Part shown: positions 48,901-64,000 of the stretch, one piece after another
Numbering within the stretch: position 1 is the stretch's first letter
Layout: each line of letters starts with the position of its first letter
Source: Sphaerodactylus townsendi
Taxonomy: Eukaryota
Assembly (NCBI RefSeq): GCF_021028975.2
Contig: NC_059426.1
Location: forward strand, 116,932,001 to 116,996,000
DNA: 64,000 bases
Direction: 5' to 3'
Program-made: the position numbers and the translations under genes
The notes under the pieces: generated by a model
Told to the model about the DNA's origin: nothing
The model's input: only the letters and a program-made list of their open reading frames with translations
The model's database searches: none

Positions 48901-49977
48901 TTTAAATGTGAATAAACACCATTTATGTTTAAAGGGAAAATGCTTTGTTTAGAGTGAAGAATCCCCTTTCACATCAGAGCTATCCTGATCTTTGGGCCCA
49001 ATTAAGAATTGGATCCTTTAATGGTAGCAAAAATGTGTGGGAAATGCTAAGGAAGGCAAAAAGAAGCATAGCACATGTCACCTCAGAACACTACAGAGGG
49101 TCACCCTGTAAGGAGTCTCAAAAAGAACAAAATGTTACAGTAGCAAATATGTGAAAAAGGAAGAGCTGCTTCACGCTTTACAGCCACAATCCAGTGAGGT
49201 TAACAATGCAATCCTACAAATACCAAACTGGGAATAAATTCCATTGGATAGATCTGAACAAGATTTTGAGATGGGTTATGACTGCATTCATTAGTCCATT
49301 CATCAGTAACGACCTGGTGCTTTACACACAAATCATTATAGAATGTATACAAGCTGTGTTGACGTTCACAACTTCAGGGAGGGGTGTGTGTGTGGTTGGC
49401 TGGGCGACCTGTCATGTGTTTATACAACAGCTCTAAAAAATACGTTCATCCTCCATAGTGCATAGAATGGTTTCAAACAGTGGACGATTGAGAAAGAAAA
49501 GTGACATCACTGAGTATCGCGATGATAAAAAAATACAGGCTAAGCGATCGAGCATTGTTTTAAAAAGCTACCAGGTACAAACAATCCGGGGACGGTACTT
49601 GGAAATATGTGAGTGCGACAGGTTGGGGGCTGCGTCTTCTCTCTGTTTGTGCGGCGGACCCGGCGCTCCCAGACACCAGGACGAAAAGAAACGTCGCTCG
49701 CCTTTCAGTCAGGCGCGCCTAAACTCACTAACGCCAACTGGATGAAGCCAGCCTCTTTGCACAGCCTCTGCCCAGAACCACTCGGCGCGCGGCTTGAGAT
49801 GCCCGCCTTGAAGGCATGTGGGAAACCACGCAGCGCCATTCAGAGCCGCTCCTCCCAGCGGGGGATGGGTAAAAAAACCCCTTCCCGCCCCCTAAAGGAG
49901 CCCGGGGGACGGACGGACGGAGAGAAGCATCCCGGCCTCAGTGGGCGGCAGCTCTTACTTGCGGCTCCTCCCTTCAT
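42122..49977 (-). CDS. KBTBD4: Kelch repeat and BTB domain-containing protein 4 (542 aa; a downstream ATG at 47556 would give a shorter form)
   Basis: Exons 49977-49959 (MKGGAA), 47582-46941 (BTB/BACK), 43439-43333, 42982-42122 (kelch; YVVGGSIPRRMWK...LLTNLQFVLA*). 1629 nt, phase-consistent. Confidence 0.96.
43333..43439 (-). CDS. KBTBD4: KBTBD4 exon 3 (DGVPCSQNPTAAIETWINFNKEERSGFSEILRSSLK)
   Basis: Manual translation; ttcag| acceptor, |gtacat donor. Confidence 0.92.
43735..43952 (+). mobile_element. Older tRNA-derived SINE
   Basis: A box TGGCGTAGTGG, B box GATTCGAATCC, (AAAT) tail. Confidence 0.65.
44782..44927. mobile_element. Palindromic hAT MITE (146 bp, second subfamily), TSD CCATAGGG
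   Basis: Termini C(A/C)GTGGTGGCGAACC; same central palindrome GCATGGCCAATTGGCCATGC; exact TSD. Confidence 0.92.
46941..47582 (-). CDS. KBTBD4: KBTBD4 exon 2 (BTB and BACK domains)
   Basis: Overlaps ORF 46933..47556 (FADVTISVEGKEFQLHRLVLSAQSCFFRSMF); ttttcag| acceptor, |gttggt donor. Confidence 0.96.
48528..48811 (-). mobile_element. Sauria-type SINE with TSD TAGGTCTA(T/C)TTAA
   Basis: (ACCTTT)-type tail, GGTACTCATTTACCGACC core, tRNA-like head on the minus strand; flanking direct repeat. Confidence 0.8.
49959..49977 (-). CDS. KBTBD4: KBTBD4 exon 1 coding part (MKGGAA)
   Basis: ATG in a good Kozak context, |gtaaga donor, in frame with exon 2; resembles the MKGG start of the long mammalian isoform. 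Confidence 0.8.
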
Positions 49978-50299
49978 CCCTCCAGCTCGGAACTCCACAC
50001 CGAGAACGGCTCGAGGAGACACCAGATAAGACCGCGCTTCCCTTCCCACTCCGGTCTGTGTTCCCGGAAACTGCCCTGACGTTTCCTCTGTGCGCGTGCG
50101 CACTCCTCATTTCCGGACCATTTCGGTACTTCGCACGCGAGGATTGGCTTAGTTTAGTGGGCGCGGACGAAGCGGTCGTGTAATGATAGTGGTTTATCGA
50201 GCCAATGGGAGAACCCTCAATGGCGCGCATGCGCCTTAAAGAATTCAGCTGTGTCCTTGTGAGGTTCGGAGCTCGAGTTTGGTGCCCTGATTTAGGAGA

Positions 50300-62579
<12,280 letters not shown>

Positions 62580-62647
62580 CAGCAGGAAAGCTGGGAACAC
62601 TCCCATGTTGCTGCCTTCTTCTTTGATCGATTAAAATATTTATATCT

Positions 62648-62653
62648 AATAAA
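62648..62653 (+). terminator. NDUFS3 polyadenylation signal AATAAA
   Basis: 69 nt after the stop, followed by U/GU-rich sequence. Confidence 0.7.
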
Positions 62654-64000
62654 AAACCCTTGATGTAAGGCTTTTTGATTGTCTGACTGATTTTTAAGCA
62701 TGCATAAAGTGAATCGGAAGTGATTTTTTTTCAGAGCAAGCCCCCAGAGGACTGGCTTTGAAGAGGAGCTTCAGGATTCAAAGGAATGTATGTTCACAGG
62801 AAAGGAACAGTGAAGGTAACAAAGAAATGAGTAAAGGAAAATGAACCACATGAGACTGACTTGTCTTCTTGTTAGGAAATAAAAAATACCTCCAGGTAAA
62901 ATATACAGAAAGGAGGTCTTCCATGTTCTGGGAAATGTAACTACTTACAGGGATGAACTCTAAATAGGTCAAAGGCTGCTGCAGGCACGAAATCATACTT
63001 TTTCAGTTCTAGTGAGAGGTTTCATCTTGGAATTATTGGACACTGAGTGGCTGGAAAGCTATGGTTCTGTGTATGTGTTAAGCAAAATTTCCTAGCTTTG
63101 CAGTGCATCCTCTGAAACAATTGGCTGTTAGGATTGTGGCTGTGGTTTATACATCCAAATAGCTATAGGAAGACAGGCAACCCCCTGTTGCAGAGTTTGC
63201 ACGGGTAGTATTAGGCCTTCAATGCTTCTGTTGGAAAACACTGGAAGTTTTGCCCTTTACATGTTGCAAGAGACTTTCCCCATTTGCAAATTTGTTTTTG
63301 CCATATGCTGAATTGAATGGGATCATTAAGAACTTCTTTTTCTTTTTTATTTCAATTAATGCTGTGATCAAGAAGGCAGCTGCTTAAATGTGGATCACAG
63401 TGAGTAGCTGTGGATTTGGCTTTCTAATCGCCCATCTGTGGTGAATGAATGACACTGAATTGATAACTGAAACAACACAGTTCCTGGGCTATAGCACCAA
63501 GGCTAGGGTGGGATGAAAAGAGCTGAACTTAAAGTGTGCTACAAGCAATGGATTTCATTTGACAATATTTCTCGTCCTGCAGGCTTTAGCCCATGGCAAT
63601 GGAGTCCAGGTTTTTAATTCTGACTATTATTTAATTTGCATTATTAAGCCTTCTAGCAAACACTACTGAAATTTTCTTTGCCACACCAGCAGTTCTTTGC
63701 CGAATTGCTGAGAACCATTACGTTACTCCAAAGTTGGGCGCAGTGTTTGGGAGCAGTTTGGTTGGACAGATGGGAAGGTAATCGGGCCACAATGTCATTT
63801 CAGTTTTATGTTTGAGGCAGTGGGTAGGCTTATACACATACAACCCTACCTCACAGGGTGCCAGATCACTGGTCTTTCTATAGCAGAACTGTGTGACTGA
63901 CAAACATCTTTTGCATTCCTGCTTCCTGTGGTTACACTGGAGATGTCAAGGGCTGAACAGAGGAAATTCCACATGCAAAGCATGTTCTGTGCTTCCTGCC

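Noticed and set aside
49458-50230. Several 80-138 aa ORFs around the KBTBD4/NDUFS3 promoter
   Set aside because: GC-rich artefacts; only the 19-nt MKGGAA segment has splice and frame support.
63560-64000. Possible start of the next syntenic gene (FAM180B in mammals); ATG at 63973
   Set aside because: Only nine codons before the window ends and no recognisable similarity.

Overview
Vertebrate genomic DNA from a squamate reptile (Sauria/Squam-type SINEs, CR1, L2, Penelope, DIRS, hAT MITEs; gecko-like, species not determinable). It holds the conserved block <-CELF1 | PTPMT1-> <-KBTBD4 | NDUFS3->. CELF1 (minus strand) has 12 coding exons in the window and runs off the left edge. PTPMT1 (186 aa), KBTBD4 (542 aa) and NDUFS3 (256 aa) are complete, with GT-AG phase-consistent exons. 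Two CpG-island head-to-head promoters lie at ~37.5-38.9 kb and ~49.6-50.35 kb. I found no new protein-coding system; the most unusual signals are in the transposons. (1) An ~815-bp non-coding mini-DIRS element keeps inverted terminal repeats and an internal complementary region (ICR) spelling the circle junction of its two ends; a decayed autonomous DIRS lies ~4 kb away. (2) An ~3-kb Rex1/Babar LINE sits about 10-30 nt from a CELF1 splice acceptor. (3) A palindromic hAT MITE family (4 copies, 8-bp TSDs) carries the ZNF143/THAP11-type motif ACTACAATTCCCA. CELF1 also shows several alternative splice signals. There is one 283-N assembly gap.
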